From NCBI GenBank assembly GCA_051117555.1, contig JBNPEG010000074.1:1-64000 (forward strand): DNA of 64,000 nt, given 5' to 3'. Below are positions 37,510 through 48,161 of the stretch, piece after piece (position 1 is the stretch's first letter; each line of letters opens with the position of its first letter). Source of the DNA: Elainellaceae cyanobacterium. GTDB taxonomy: Bacteria; Cyanobacteriota; Cyanobacteriia; CAZCXK01. The translations under genes were made by a program, and so were the position numbers. The notes beneath the pieces are model-generated. The model was not told the origin of the DNA. It worked only from the letters and a program-made list of their open reading frames with translations, and did no database searches.

Positions 37510-37823
37510 TTCGCAGTACCAAAATCCGCAGTACCAGCCTTAAAAAAATCTCCCCCCATTTCCTTTTCGATCAGCATCGCGGGGGCAATTAACGCCTTGC
37601 CAACCTACGACGGCATGTTTATTCCTGGAAATTTCCTAAGGACTTGTGTCTTCTTAGATTAAAGTGTAATGAGCTCAACCCTCCAAATCCCATTCAAACT
37701 CTAGATCTCAATCGGAAAGAATTAAAAAACCTATATTTTTTACGAAATAGTTGCACTGTGAGGTGTAGTCACGATCTAAACGCAGTATGCTGCGCGACCT
37801 TGCGAATCAGGAGCACCACTGCA

Positions 37824-40298
37824 ATGCGGATTTTATTAATCGAAGATGATGGAATTTTAGCGAACATCCTAATCGACAGTCTTACGGGGCAGCGCTACGT
37901 CGTGGATGCAGTAGGTGATGGTCAGTCGGGATGGGACTATGCCCAAGATGCAACATACGACTTGATTTTGATGGATGTGGGGCTACCTCACATAGACGGC
38001 ATTACCATCTGTCAGAAATTACGCTCTGATGGATGTACGACGCCGATTCTATTAATGACGGCAAAAGATGCCAGCGATGAGCGGATTCGGGGACTCGATG
38101 CTGGAGCCGATGACTATGTGATTAAACCGTTTGATATCGAGGAACTGCAAGCCCGTGTGCGTGCTTTGCTGCGCCGGGGAGAGGTCGTGCAAGCTCCTGT
38201 GTTAGAAGTTGGGCTGCTTCGCCTCGACCCCAGTAGTTGTGAGGTCACCCATGCCGATCGCTTGCTGAAGCTGACCCCCAAAGAATATGGGCTGCTTGAA
38301 CTGTTCTTACGCAACCCGTTGCGAGTCTTTAGTCGCGGGCAAATTGTTGAACATTTGTGGACGTTTGATGATCCGCCGCTCGAAGATAGCGTCAAAGCTC
38401 ATGTGAAAGGGCTTCGCAACAAGCTTAAGAGAGCGGGCGCGGTGGATTGGATTGAGAATGTCTATGGGATTGGGTATCGTCTTAACCCCAAGATTCAAGA
38501 GTTGACATCGTCTGGTGCTACCGAGGGAGCAGGCCATGTTGACCAGCAGGCATTGGCTTGCCTGTGCGAAGCACGTATCGCCCCATCCGATTCTGAATCC
38601 TCATCTCGCTCAACCAATCAGCCGTTTAACCAAGCAATGGCAGGACTGTGGCAACGTTATACAGGCTTGATGATTGAACGAATGCAGGCATTGCACCTAG
38701 CCTCCAATGCTGCCCAATCGGACACACTGACTGACGAATTGCGAGACGCCGCAGAGCGGGCAGCCCACAAACTCGCAGGAGTATTGGGCATGTTTGCTCG
38801 TGACGATGGTACTCACCTCGCCCGCACTATTGAAACGCTACTAACCCATCCGGATGCTCTCAGCTCTGAGCGTCAGCATCAGCTTCCTCCGCTGGTTCGT
38901 GAATTGGATGTGCTGCTCAATCTAGATTCAGCAGACGCATCGTTCCCGGTTTCACCGACCCATTCATCAGGCACCTCCGAAGATGCTGGACATCCACTTG
39001 ACCCATCTCTGCTGCCTTTGCCCTTAAAAATGGCACAGCCTCGGATCGAAATGGTTGACTCTTCGGATCATCTCTCTAGCCTGACTCGGATTCTTTTGAT
39101 TGGTGTCTCAGCAGATGTAGTCAGTGCATTGCGGGCGTTAACGCCTGAAGAAACGATTCAGTGGATACACATGCCGACCCCTCAGCAGGCGCAAGACTGG
39201 CTGCAATCTCACTCGCCGAGTCTGGCGATTGTGAATACGGAGATGGCAGGTTCGTGGGAGCAATGCTTATCGCTGATTAGCAACTGTGCAGTACGTACGC
39301 CGCCAATCCCGACATTAGTGCTCGCGGGCGATCGCCTGACCAACCGACTCCAGATTGTGCGCTCTGGCGGGCAGGGGATATTAGTCAACCCGGCGTTGCC
39401 CAGCCAAATTTGGGAGATGGCTCAGCATCTGTTGCAGCAGGCGCAATCTCTCACAGCTAGCGTGCTGGTTGTGGATGATGACCCCCTGTTTCTTGCGGCT
39501 CTCCGTCCGCTGCTCGAACCGTGGGGCATTCGCATGACTGGATTAAGCGACCCGCAGCAGTTTTGGGATCGCCTCCAGACAACTGCCCCCGATTTGCTTG
39601 TGCTCGACGTTGAAATGCCTGACATTAGCGGGATTGAGCTTTGCCAAGCGGTGCGAACTGATCCAATCTGGCAAGATTTGCCGATCCTGTTTCTCACTGC
39701 GCATCGAGATAGTGACACCATCCAACGGGGGTTTGCCGTTGGAGCTGACGATTATGTCGTCAAACCTATTGTCGGCCCTGAACTCTTAACCCGAATAACC
39801 AATCGTCTAGAGCGGACTCGGCTTCTCAAACGGCTCTCGACCATCGATTCGGTGACCAAGCTTGCCAATCAGCCCCAATCCAGTCGCCAACTTCAGGAGA
39901 GGCTTCAAAGAATGGCAGCGACTCAGCAGCCAATGTGTTTGGCAGTGCTGGCGATCGCCCAATTACGCACTATTAATCTGCAATACGGGCACGAGGCAGG
40001 GCATCGAGTGCTGCAACGATGGGGACAATTGATTCAAGCTACATTTCGAGGCTCAGATGTGGTGGGCTATTGGGGCGATGGCGAGTTTGTCATCGGGATG
40101 CCAAGACTCAAACGCTCGGAAGCGGGCGATCGCCTGTCTGAACTGCTTACCACTCTCCGGCAGCAGATTTTTACAACCTCAGATGGCGATCGCTTTCAGG
40201 TCGAGGGCTCTTTGGCGATCGCCGAATACCCCACCGATGGCCTGACCCTCCAGGCACTCTATCAAGCCAATCATCAACCATCCAACATCCTAAAATAA
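37824..40298 (+). CDS. Multidomain response regulator: REC-wHTH-HPt-pseudoREC-REC-degenerate GGDEF
   Basis: MRILLIEDD, LTPKEYGLL, IENVYGIGY, AHKLAG, VLVVDDD...LVLDVEMP, YWGDGEF. Confidence 0.9.
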   Translation: MRILLIEDDGILANILIDSLTGQRYVVDAVGDGQSGWDYAQDATYDLILMDVGLPHIDGITICQKLRSDGCTTPILLMTAKDASDERIRGLDAGADDYVIKPFDIEELQARVRALLRRGEVVQAPVLEVGLLRLDPSSCEVTHADRLLKLTPKEYGLLELFLRNPLRVFSRGQIVEHLWTFDDPPLEDSVKAHVKGLRNKLKRAGAVDWIENVYGIGYRLNPKIQELTSSGATEGAGHVDQQALACLCEARIAPSDSESSSRSTNQPFNQAMAGLWQRYTGLMIERMQALHLASNAAQSDTLTDELRDAAERAAHKLAGVLGMFARDDGTHLARTIETLLTHPDALSSERQHQLPPLVRELDVLLNLDSADASFPVSPTHSSGTSEDAGHPLDPSLLPLPLKMAQPRIEMVDSSDHLSSLTRILLIGVSADVVSALRALTPEETIQWIHMPTPQQAQDWLQSHSPSLAIVNTEMAGSWEQCLSLISNCAVRTPPIPTLVLAGDRLTNRLQIVRSGGQGILVNPALPSQIWEMAQHLLQQAQSLTASVLVVDDDPLFLAALRPLLEPWGIRMTGLSDPQQFWDRLQTTAPDLLVLDVEMPDISGIELCQAVRTDPIWQDLPILFLTAHRDSDTIQRGFAVGADDYVVKPIVGPELLTRITNRLERTRLLKRLSTIDSVTKLANQPQSSRQLQERLQRMAATQQPMCLAVLAIAQLRTINLQYGHEAGHRVLQRWGQLIQATFRGSDVVGYWGDGEFVIGMPRLKRSEAGDRLSELLTTLRQQIFTTSDGDRFQVEGSLAIAEYPTDGLTLQALYQANHQPSNILK

Positions 40299-40334
40299 AA
40301 TCCAAATCCTCTCCCACTCCCCACTCCCTATCCC

Positions 40335-43300
40335 ATGAACGGCAACCCTCAGGCATTAATCGACCAACTGCAAACTCGTCTCCGTGATGCAGAACTCGCC
40401 CGACAGACTGCGGAGGCTCAATACCGATCGCTCTATGAGCATGCCCCCCAAGGGATCTATCGCAGTTCGCCAGAGGGTCGATTTCTGAGCGTTAATCCAG
40501 CAATGGCAAGTATGCTGGGCTACGATTCACCAGACGACTTAATGTCTAGCATCGACAATATTCAACACCAGCTCTACGTTCATCCGGATGAGCGAGACGA
40601 TATTCTCGATGCTATTCATCAAGCGGGTCCGACTGCCCGCTTTGAGACTGAGGTGTATCGCAAAGATGGCAGCACCCTGTGGGTGTCAATCAATTCGCGC
40701 ATCGTGTATGACACTCAGGGCAATGTCATCTGCTTTGAAGGATTTGCTCAAGATATCACCCAGCGCAAGCAAGCTGAAGAAGCGCTACGGCTCAGCGAAG
40801 CCCAGTTTCGAAATATTTTCGAGAACTCTCTTGTCGGCATCGGGCGAGTCTCGACCCAAGAGGGGCTGTTCCTGGCTGCCAATCAGCGCTGCGCAGAAAT
40901 CTTGGGATATTCATCACCCACTGATCTGGTGGATATCCATCGAGTCACTGATTTCCACGTGGATGCGGGCGATCGCCAGCGTATGCTCGACGAACTCTAT
41001 CAGCATGGGCAGGTCCGCAACTATGCGCTTCAGCTTCGTCGTCGAGACGGTCAGCTTATTTGGGGATCGCTCTCGGTTCGGCTCAATTTACAAGAAGGCT
41101 GCACCGATTTTGTATTGGCAGATATCACCGAGCGTAGGCGCAGCGAAGCAGAGCGAGAACAGGCTGAGCATCAACTGCGTCAGCAGCAAGAGGTATTGCG
41201 CACTGTAATCGATACCGATCCCAGCATGATTTTTGTGAAAGATTGGGACGGTCGATATCTGCTTGCCAATAAAGCCACTGCTGAGTTTTATGGCACGACG
41301 GTCGAACACATTTTAGGGAAACGCGATGCAGATATTCATCCTCACCCCGAAATCGCAGAGCAGTTTGTTCAAGAGAACCGCTGGGTGATTGAAACCGGAG
41401 AAGAACTCTTTATTCCAGAAGAAAAGGTCGCGCTTGATGGCAGTTCTGACGAGTGGGTGCAATGGCAGAAACGCCCTATCAAGCTGTTTGGCAGCGAGTC
41501 TTACAGTGTTTTGGGCATCGGCGTCCGTGTGACTGAGCGCAAGCGCGCCGAACTCGCGCTCAGAGAAGGGCAAGAACGGTATGCTACTTTGGCGCGTGTG
41601 TCTCCCGTTGGCATTTTTCGCACGGATACGGAGGGCAATTGCCAATATTTTAATGAACGAGGCTGTGACATTATTGGGCTCAAGCTCGAAGAAACCCTTG
41701 GCAAAGCTTGGATTCGTGCGCTGCATCCCGACGATCGAGAACTCGTCCTAAGCGAATGGGCACGAACCCTCGAAACCGATGCCCCCTTTATCGCAGAATA
41801 TCGGTTTGTGCGCCCGGACGGGAAGCATATCTGGGTGTTTGGGCAAGCCGTCTCCGAAAAAGACAGCCATGGCACGATTGTGGGCTATGTGGGCACCATC
41901 ACCGATATTACCGATCGCAAGCACGCTGAAGAAGCACTCCAAGAAAGTGAAGCCGAATATCGAGTGCTGGTGGAAACCGCCAACTGCATTATTTTGCGAT
42001 GGGATGCAGACGGCCATATTCGATTTATCAACGATTATGGCCAGCACTTTTTTGGCTATCGTCCAAGTGAGCTGGTAGGGCATCATGTGTTTGACACGCT
42101 CGTTCCAGACATTGAAACGTCGGGGCGCCATCTAAGAGAAGTCATCGAAGAGATTCGTCGGTATCCCGAACGCTACCCGTTTATCGAGCATGAGAACATC
42201 CGCCACGACCATACGCGCGTTTGGGTTGCCTGGTCAAACCAACCCCTTTATGACGGCTCTGGCAACTTGATTGAGATTCTGTCGGTAGGCACCGATGCCA
42301 CAGAACGCAAAGCCGCCGAAGAAGCCCTGCGTCGCAGTGAACTCAAGTTCCGCAATATCTTTGAAAATTCTCAGGTGGGCATCTATCGGACGCGCATCGA
42401 TGATGGGCTAATTTTAGACGCGAACCAGCGCTACATCGAGCTCACGGGCTATGAGTCTGGAGAGGACTTGATTGGCAAACGCTATACTCATGAGTTTTAT
42501 GTGGATTTGGGCGATCGCCAACGGATGCTCGACGTGCTCAATGAGCGTGGCGTGGTCAACGAATTTGAAATGATGTTTTTACAACGCAATGGTGCAGTGA
42601 GATGGGGCATGTATTCACTGCGCCTTAACCGCGACGAAAACTGCATCGAAGGCGTTGTGGCAGATATCACCGATCGCAAACGAGCCGAAGAAGCGCTGAG
42701 GCTTTATAAACAGGCGCTCGACAGCTCTAGTGACGCAATTGGCATCGCGGATGCCCAGGGCAATCATTTTTATCAAAATCGAGCCTTTTCAGAACTCTAC
42801 GAATGTGACAGCGTAGATGCCTTTAACGCGCGGGGCGGCATTCCCGACGTATATCTTGATCCAAGCGTGGCGGATGAGGTCTTACAAACCACCCTGGCAG
42901 GCGATAGCTGGCTCGGAGAAGTTGAGCATTGCACCCGCAGTGGTCGACAATTTCAAGTCTTGCTACGGGCAAATCCAATCTGTGATCCCAGTGGTCGAGT
43001 CATCGGCACCATCGGGGCACATACCGATATTACCGACCGCAAGCAGGCAGAAGAAGCATTGCGGCTGAGCGAACTCAAATTCCGCAATATTTTTGAAAAT
43101 TCTCAAGTCGGCATTTGCCGCACTCGCCCGAGTGATGGTCTGATTCTCGAAGCTAATCACCGACTCGCGGAAATCATGGGGTATACATCACCGTCTGAAC
43201 TGATTGGCAAACGACGGGTAGGTGAGTTCTATGTGAATCCGCTTGAACGCCAGCAGGTGGTTGATGAGGTGCGAGAGCATGGAGAAATGCGCGATCGCGA

Positions 43301-45455
43301 GATGCAGTTCTTTCGACGAGACGGGACATTGCTGTGGGGATTGTTGTCAGTGCGCCCCAACTTTGATGAAAACTGCTTTGACGGCGTGATTGCCGATATT
43401 AGCGATCGCAAACGACTTGAAGAAACCCTACGCCAATCTCAACAGTTTCTCGACAGCATCGTTGAAAACCTGCCACTTGCTCTATTTACCAAAGATATCG
43501 CCCACGACTTTCGCTACGTGCAACTCAACAAAAATAGCGAGCGAGTCTTGGGCGTGTCTCGTGAGGAGGCAATTGGCAACAATGACTATGATCTGGTTCC
43601 GAAAGAAATGGCAGACCACTATCGCCTTCAAGATATGACAGCCGTTGAACGCGGAACCCTCACCGAAATGTCGGAAGAAATCATTCCCGCCAACGCGACT
43701 GAGAAAATTTTTGTTCGTGGGTTTAAGCTGCCCCTGTATGACGGATACGGCAACCCATCTCATCTGGTGTGCATGGTCGAAGACATCACTGAGCGGAAGA
43801 AGCGAGAAGATGCGCTGCGCCTCATCGTTGAAGGAACCGCATCAAAGACGGGAGACGAATTTTTCCAAACCTGTGTGCGCTACTTGGCAGAGGTGCTTGA
43901 AGTTCGCTATGCGCTGATTATGGAATTCACAAACGAAACTAAGACGAAAGTACGCGTCCTGGCTGACTATAACCGCAGTACGAAAAACCGCGAAACAGTT
44001 GAATATGATCTCCACGGCACCCCGTGCGAATATGCTCCCTTGGGACGGGTCTACTACTATCCCCAAGATGTTAGACGCTTGTTTCCTAACTCCCAGGGAC
44101 TGATCAAACGAGAAGCCGAAAGCTATCTGGGCATTCCTTTGGCAAATTCGGCAGGGATAGTTTTAGGTCATCTTGCTGTCCTCGATGTGAACCCAATGAA
44201 AGAAGACCCCGGACGCGAGTTGATTTTGAGAATTTTTGCCGCACGCGCCGGAGCAGAGCTAGAACGTGAACAGGCCGAAACGGCTCTCCAGCAAGAGATT
44301 CGGGAAAGAGAACAAACCATGCAAGCGCTGCGTAAAGCAGAAGAAAAATTTGCGAAGGCATTTCGCGCTAGCCCGAGCCCAATCGCCATTACCACGCTGC
44401 CCGATCGCCGATTTCTAGATGTGAATCGCAGCTTTCTGCGCATGAGCGGATTTTCTGAACGCGAAGTACTAGGACACACAGCCACCGAGCTAAACTTGGG
44501 CGTCGCTCAAGATGCCTATGATGAAGCAATACAGACTCTCCTCGAAACCGGATCGCTCTACAACCAAGAATTTAAGTTCCGAACCAAGACGGGAGAAGTC
44601 CGCACGATTTTGCTTTCAATTGAAATGATCGACCTGTCCGGCGTCACGTGTGCCCTCAACATTCTCAATGACATTACCGAACGCAAACGGCTTGAAAACG
44701 AATTCATTTCGCTCGTCAGTCACGAACTGCGAACGCCGATGACCTCGATGATTGGTGCGCTAGATTTACTCAACTCAGGTCAGCTCGGCACCCTAGCCCC
44801 TCAGGGACAACGGCTGCTGGATATGGCAATTTCAAATACTGAACGCTTGATGCGGTTAGTGAATGACATCTTAGATCTGGAACGGATGAAGGCGGGCAAG
44901 ATCTCGATGCAAAAAGTCCACTGTAATCTGGCGAATTTACTACATCAGGCAGCCGAATCGATGCAAAGCATGGCAGACAGTTCGCACGTTTCTTTGATAG
45001 TCGAGGCAGCCTCCATCGAACTTTGGGTTGACCCCGATCGCATCTTGCAAATGCTTATCAATTTACTCAGCAACGCCATCAAGTTTTCAGAATCGGGCAA
45101 CCGCGTATGGCTGACGAGCGAAGCAAAAAACGGATCACTCGATTTTCCGTCTCTGACGGACATGAATGCTAACTTTCAGGACTTAGTTTTGATCACGGTG
45201 CGAGACGAGGGACGCGGGATTCCATCGGATAAGTTGCAAAGCATCTTCGAACCCTTTCAACAGGTCGATGCATCAGACTCTCGTAAAAAAGGAGGAACGG
45301 GGTTGGGGCTCGCAATTTGCCGAAACATCATCGAGCAACATTATGGACGAATCTGGGTAGAAAGCACATTGGGGCAGGGCAGTGTATTTCACGTGCTGGT
45401 GCCGTGTGGGAATGACAGAAATCAGGGCGAATTAGACGAAGGAGCAACACTATGA
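40335..45455 (+). CDS. Soluble multi-PAS/GAF sensor histidine kinase
   Basis: About 10 PAS/PAC units ending DIT.RK, one GAF, H-box SHELRTP, NLLSNAIKFS, DEGRGI, GGTGLGL. Confidence 0.93.
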   Translation: MNGNPQALIDQLQTRLRDAELARQTAEAQYRSLYEHAPQGIYRSSPEGRFLSVNPAMASMLGYDSPDDLMSSIDNIQHQLYVHPDERDDILDAIHQAGPTARFETEVYRKDGSTLWVSINSRIVYDTQGNVICFEGFAQDITQRKQAEEALRLSEAQFRNIFENSLVGIGRVSTQEGLFLAANQRCAEILGYSSPTDLVDIHRVTDFHVDAGDRQRMLDELYQHGQVRNYALQLRRRDGQLIWGSLSVRLNLQEGCTDFVLADITERRRSEAEREQAEHQLRQQQEVLRTVIDTDPSMIFVKDWDGRYLLANKATAEFYGTTVEHILGKRDADIHPHPEIAEQFVQENRWVIETGEELFIPEEKVALDGSSDEWVQWQKRPIKLFGSESYSVLGIGVRVTERKRAELALREGQERYATLARVSPVGIFRTDTEGNCQYFNERGCDIIGLKLEETLGKAWIRALHPDDRELVLSEWARTLETDAPFIAEYRFVRPDGKHIWVFGQAVSEKDSHGTIVGYVGTITDITDRKHAEEALQESEAEYRVLVETANCIILRWDADGHIRFINDYGQHFFGYRPSELVGHHVFDTLVPDIETSGRHLREVIEEIRRYPERYPFIEHENIRHDHTRVWVAWSNQPLYDGSGNLIEILSVGTDATERKAAEEALRRSELKFRNIFENSQVGIYRTRIDDGLILDANQRYIELTGYESGEDLIGKRYTHEFYVDLGDRQRMLDVLNERGVVNEFEMMFLQRNGAVRWGMYSLRLNRDENCIEGVVADITDRKRAEEALRLYKQALDSSSDAIGIADAQGNHFYQNRAFSELYECDSVDAFNARGGIPDVYLDPSVADEVLQTTLAGDSWLGEVEHCTRSGRQFQVLLRANPICDPSGRVIGTIGAHTDITDRKQAEEALRLSELKFRNIFENSQVGICRTRPSDGLILEANHRLAEIMGYTSPSELIGKRRVGEFYVNPLERQQVVDEVREHGEMRDREMQFFRRDGTLLWGLLSVRPNFDENCFDGVIADISDRKRLEETLRQSQQFLDSIVENLPLALFTKDIAHDFRYVQLNKNSERVLGVSREEAIGNNDYDLVPKEMADHYRLQDMTAVERGTLTEMSEEIIPANATEKIFVRGFKLPLYDGYGNPSHLVCMVEDITERKKREDALRLIVEGTASKTGDEFFQTCVRYLAEVLEVRYALIMEFTNETKTKVRVLADYNRSTKNRETVEYDLHGTPCEYAPLGRVYYYPQDVRRLFPNSQGLIKREAESYLGIPLANSAGIVLGHLAVLDVNPMKEDPGRELILRIFAARAGAELEREQAETALQQEIREREQTMQALRKAEEKFAKAFRASPSPIAITTLPDRRFLDVNRSFLRMSGFSEREVLGHTATELNLGVAQDAYDEAIQTLLETGSLYNQEFKFRTKTGEVRTILLSIEMIDLSGVTCALNILNDITERKRLENEFISLVSHELRTPMTSMIGALDLLNSGQLGTLAPQGQRLLDMAISNTERLMRLVNDILDLERMKAGKISMQKVHCNLANLLHQAAESMQSMADSSHVSLIVEAASIELWVDPDRILQMLINLLSNAIKFSESGNRVWLTSEAKNGSLDFPSLTDMNANFQDLVLITVRDEGRGIPSDKLQSIFEPFQQVDASDSRKKGGTGLGLAICRNIIEQHYGRIWVESTLGQGSVFHVLVPCGNDRNQGELDEGATL

Positions 45456-45841
45456 GTAAGCGTATGAGTAAGCGTATTTTAGTCGTCGATGATGAGGAAG
45501 ATGTGCGGGCGATCGCCCAATTAGGGTTAGAAATGGGAGCAAATTGGGCAGTCATATCCGCGAGTTCGGGGCAAGAAGCACTCGATATTGCGACGACCGA
45601 GCAGCCCGATGCGATCTTGCTCGATATGATGATGCCCGATATGGATGGTCGAGCGACTCTTTCGAAGCTGAAAGCCAATCCTCAAACCCACCATATTCCA
45701 GTCATTTTAGTAACAGCTAAAGTGCAACTATCCGACCAGTCGAGCTTCGCCGATTTGGATGTTGTTGCGGTATTTGCAAAACCGTTTCGCCCGCTTCAGC
45801 TTGCCGATCAGGTCAACGAGGCGCTGGGATGGACGTCGTGA
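45452..45841 (+). CDS. Single-domain response regulator (CheY-like)
   Basis: ILVVDDEED, ILLDMMMP, LVTA, KPF; overlaps the kinase stop. Confidence 0.92.
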   Translation: MSKRMSKRILVVDDEEDVRAIAQLGLEMGANWAVISASSGQEALDIATTEQPDAILLDMMMPDMDGRATLSKLKANPQTHHIPVILVTAKVQLSDQSSFADLDVVAVFAKPFRPLQLADQVNEALGWTS

Positions 45842-45948
45842 TGCTGCTACTTGAGATTTATGGGAACTCGTTAATACAGCACTTTAAATGAGTTGCGAGA
45901 GTTATGTGCCTGTAGTTGCGCAATGTGTATTTCTGCACAAGCCCTGCA

Positions 45949-46374
45949 CTAGGGAAGCTTTTTGCAGAGAGTCCGCAATAAATTCATCAACTGCTGTGCA
46001 TCTTCTGGATAGCTAACATACTCATTGCCATTCACTTTAACGTTTTCCCCTTCCAACTCTGCACCAAATTTGTCTGCAATAACCACAATAGGAATCTGAA
46101 TTGAAAACCCGGCATGTTGACGAATGCGCCGCCCCATATCCACCGATTCAATGTTTGTGAATTTAAACTGATTAATTAAAATCAAGCTGGGGCTTTCTCG
46201 GCCATCTCGTGTTCGATCAATGGCATCTTCCTCATCCCACGCCATGATGACTCGATATCCCTGCTTGAGAAGGTTTTCTCTTAAAAGAGGGCGTGTCTCA
46301 TCATCTTGCTCAATCAATAAAATTGATGGTATTACCTCGTGTTGCTCGTTCATATCCCCGTTTGAATTCGACAA
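45949..46374 (-). CDS. Atypical receiver-domain protein
   Basis: ILLIEQDDET, PSLILIN (Asn at the phospho-Asp position), IPIVVI. Confidence 0.7.
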   Translation of the reverse strand: MSNSNGDMNEQHEVIPSILLIEQDDETRPLLRENLLKQGYRVIMAWDEEDAIDRTRDGRESPSLILINQFKFTNIESVDMGRRIRQHAGFSIQIPIVVIADKFGAELEGENVKVNGNEYVSYPEDAQQLMNLLRTLCKKLP

Positions 46375-46379
46375 AATAT

Positions 46380-47081
46380 CTACTTCTTCCTTCCGAGTAG
46401 GCGATTATATTCATTTTGAATGGCTTCAAAACACTCGCACGATGCCGCCTCCAAACCTCCTCGATCAAGAATCTGAACCCGTCCCCGAGTATATTGAATC
46501 AATCCACTTTCTTGGAGCTTCTGAGCCGCCTGAGTCACGCCAGCACGCCGTACGCCCAACATCTCAGCAATAAATCCTTGCGTCAGCATCAACTCATCAG
46601 ACTCAACCCGGATTTGTGCTTCTAGCAACCATCGTGCCAAGCGCTGTTCTAGAACATGAAGACGATTGCATGCCGTTGTTTGAGAAAGTTGAGCAATCAG
46701 CGCTTGCGTGTATTCCAGCAAGATGTCACGCAATTCTTTGTTTTGGTCAAACTCCTCTCGCAAGGGTAGTGCCTTAACTTTTATCGCGCTCCCCGGAATT
46801 TGCACTACATATTCGGTTTGAGTGGTTTCCTTTGTGCCCATGAAGGCGTTCACTCCCAACATATCCCGATTCCCCACCACGCCTGTTTCGACAGTTGACC
46901 CATCTTGCATAGTGATGGTAATTGACAGCAAGCAATCTAGAGGGAAGTAAACATCTTTGATTGAGTCACCGGGTGAATGAAGAAGCTCACCTTGGGGTAG
47001 CGATACTTGGATCATGTGGGGAGAAAGCTTTTCAAGAAGCACATCCGACATTGCATCAAGCAGCCGATTTTTGGATGTCAT
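46380..47081 (-). CDS. Crp/Fnr family transcriptional regulator
   Basis: VYFP, ACNRLHVLEQRLARWLL, LTQGFIAEMLGVRRAGVT, CECF. Confidence 0.92.
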   Translation of the reverse strand: MTSKNRLLDAMSDVLLEKLSPHMIQVSLPQGELLHSPGDSIKDVYFPLDCLLSITITMQDGSTVETGVVGNRDMLGVNAFMGTKETTQTEYVVQIPGSAIKVKALPLREEFDQNKELRDILLEYTQALIAQLSQTTACNRLHVLEQRLARWLLEAQIRVESDELMLTQGFIAEMLGVRRAGVTQAAQKLQESGLIQYTRGRVQILDRGGLEAASCECFEAIQNEYNRLLGRKK

Positions 47082-47293
47082 GTATTAAAAAAATCCTAGA
47101 TATAAATTATCCTCCCCCTGAATAAAAGGGTATCGAACTATATATTCCCGTCTCTACTCTCATAGGTTAGAGATTCGGCAGCCTATAGAAAAATGCAAAA
47201 CTGCCTTGGCGTAGATCTGCCGGTGCAATTCTTTTGATGCGATTAGGCAATGCCGATGCTCCGCAAACGCCCCTTGATGGAGGACGCAGGACG

Positions 47294-47764
47294 TCATTCT
47301 GACTCTACCGACTCCACTGAAATTGACCCGACTGACTCCCCAGGAACTGAGTGAATCAGATTATCTCGCCCCGTTAGATAGGCAACTGTAGATAGTAGCG
47401 TATCAAAATTGCAGGGTTTTGCTAGATGTTCACAGAAACCAACCGAAATAGAATGAGCCCGATCAATTTCGCTAGCATACACGGTTAGAGCGATCGCCGG
47501 AAGTTTAATCTGGTGGGTGGTTTCAAGGGCTTTGACCTTCTCCATCAGTGAATAGCCATCCTCATCAGGCAGCCGAATTTCAGAAATTAATACATTTGGC
47601 TGGTGCTGTTTGATTAGCTCCAATGCCTCATTCCCCGATTTCGCAGTAATCGTTTTGATGCCGTACGTTCCAAATAGCCCGATCAGCAGTTCTCTAGAAT
47701 CATCGTCGCCATCCACGACCAGCACGTTCAAGTTATTAAACAACGAAAGATTAGGGTTAATCAT
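47294..47764 (-). CDS. Receiver-domain protein with Glu at the phosphoacceptor site
   Basis: VLVVDGDDDSREL, PNVLISEIRLPDEDGY, PAIALT, KP. Confidence 0.82.
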   Translation of the reverse strand: MINPNLSLFNNLNVLVVDGDDDSRELLIGLFGTYGIKTITAKSGNEALELIKQHQPNVLISEIRLPDEDGYSLMEKVKALETTHQIKLPAIALTVYASEIDRAHSISVGFCEHLAKPCNFDTLLSTVAYLTGRDNLIHSVPGESVGSISVESVESE

Positions 47765-48161
47765 AGGGAATCAACAGAATATAGGGAAAGTTGCTAGATT
47801 TCTCATATTCGTTCGGGAACTCTTACATCATCTTCTTACATCATCTTTTAAATTAATGAAACTGACCCTAACGATCAGTACGTAATCGTACTTAATAATA
47901 AGCGAATCCAAGATAAAACAACGCATTCCCGCGACGAGGCTTCATTTATAGACCTGGGGTACTTGACAAATTGCCATATTTAATAGTTGCAGACGTATCG
48001 GCTTTTCATTTATCGATTTCGCAATACCCCTCTACTGATGTCTGGCGATTAGATTTTGCTTTGCAAAACGAGAATTGAAAGTCTCCGATGCGAGCATGAT
48101 TCATACTGGATTTCGGCTACTGAAGCGGTTAAACTTCTCTCGTCGATGAAAGCTGAACTCT

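Noticed and set aside
37551..37640. TTCCT repeats at 11-bp spacing as an OmpR-type autoregulatory site
   Set aside because: Too short and degenerate to support
37644..37823. 60-aa N-terminal extension of the response regulator in the ORF track
   Set aside because: The receiver domain begins at ATG 37824 with an AGGAG upstream; the extension is probably untranslated
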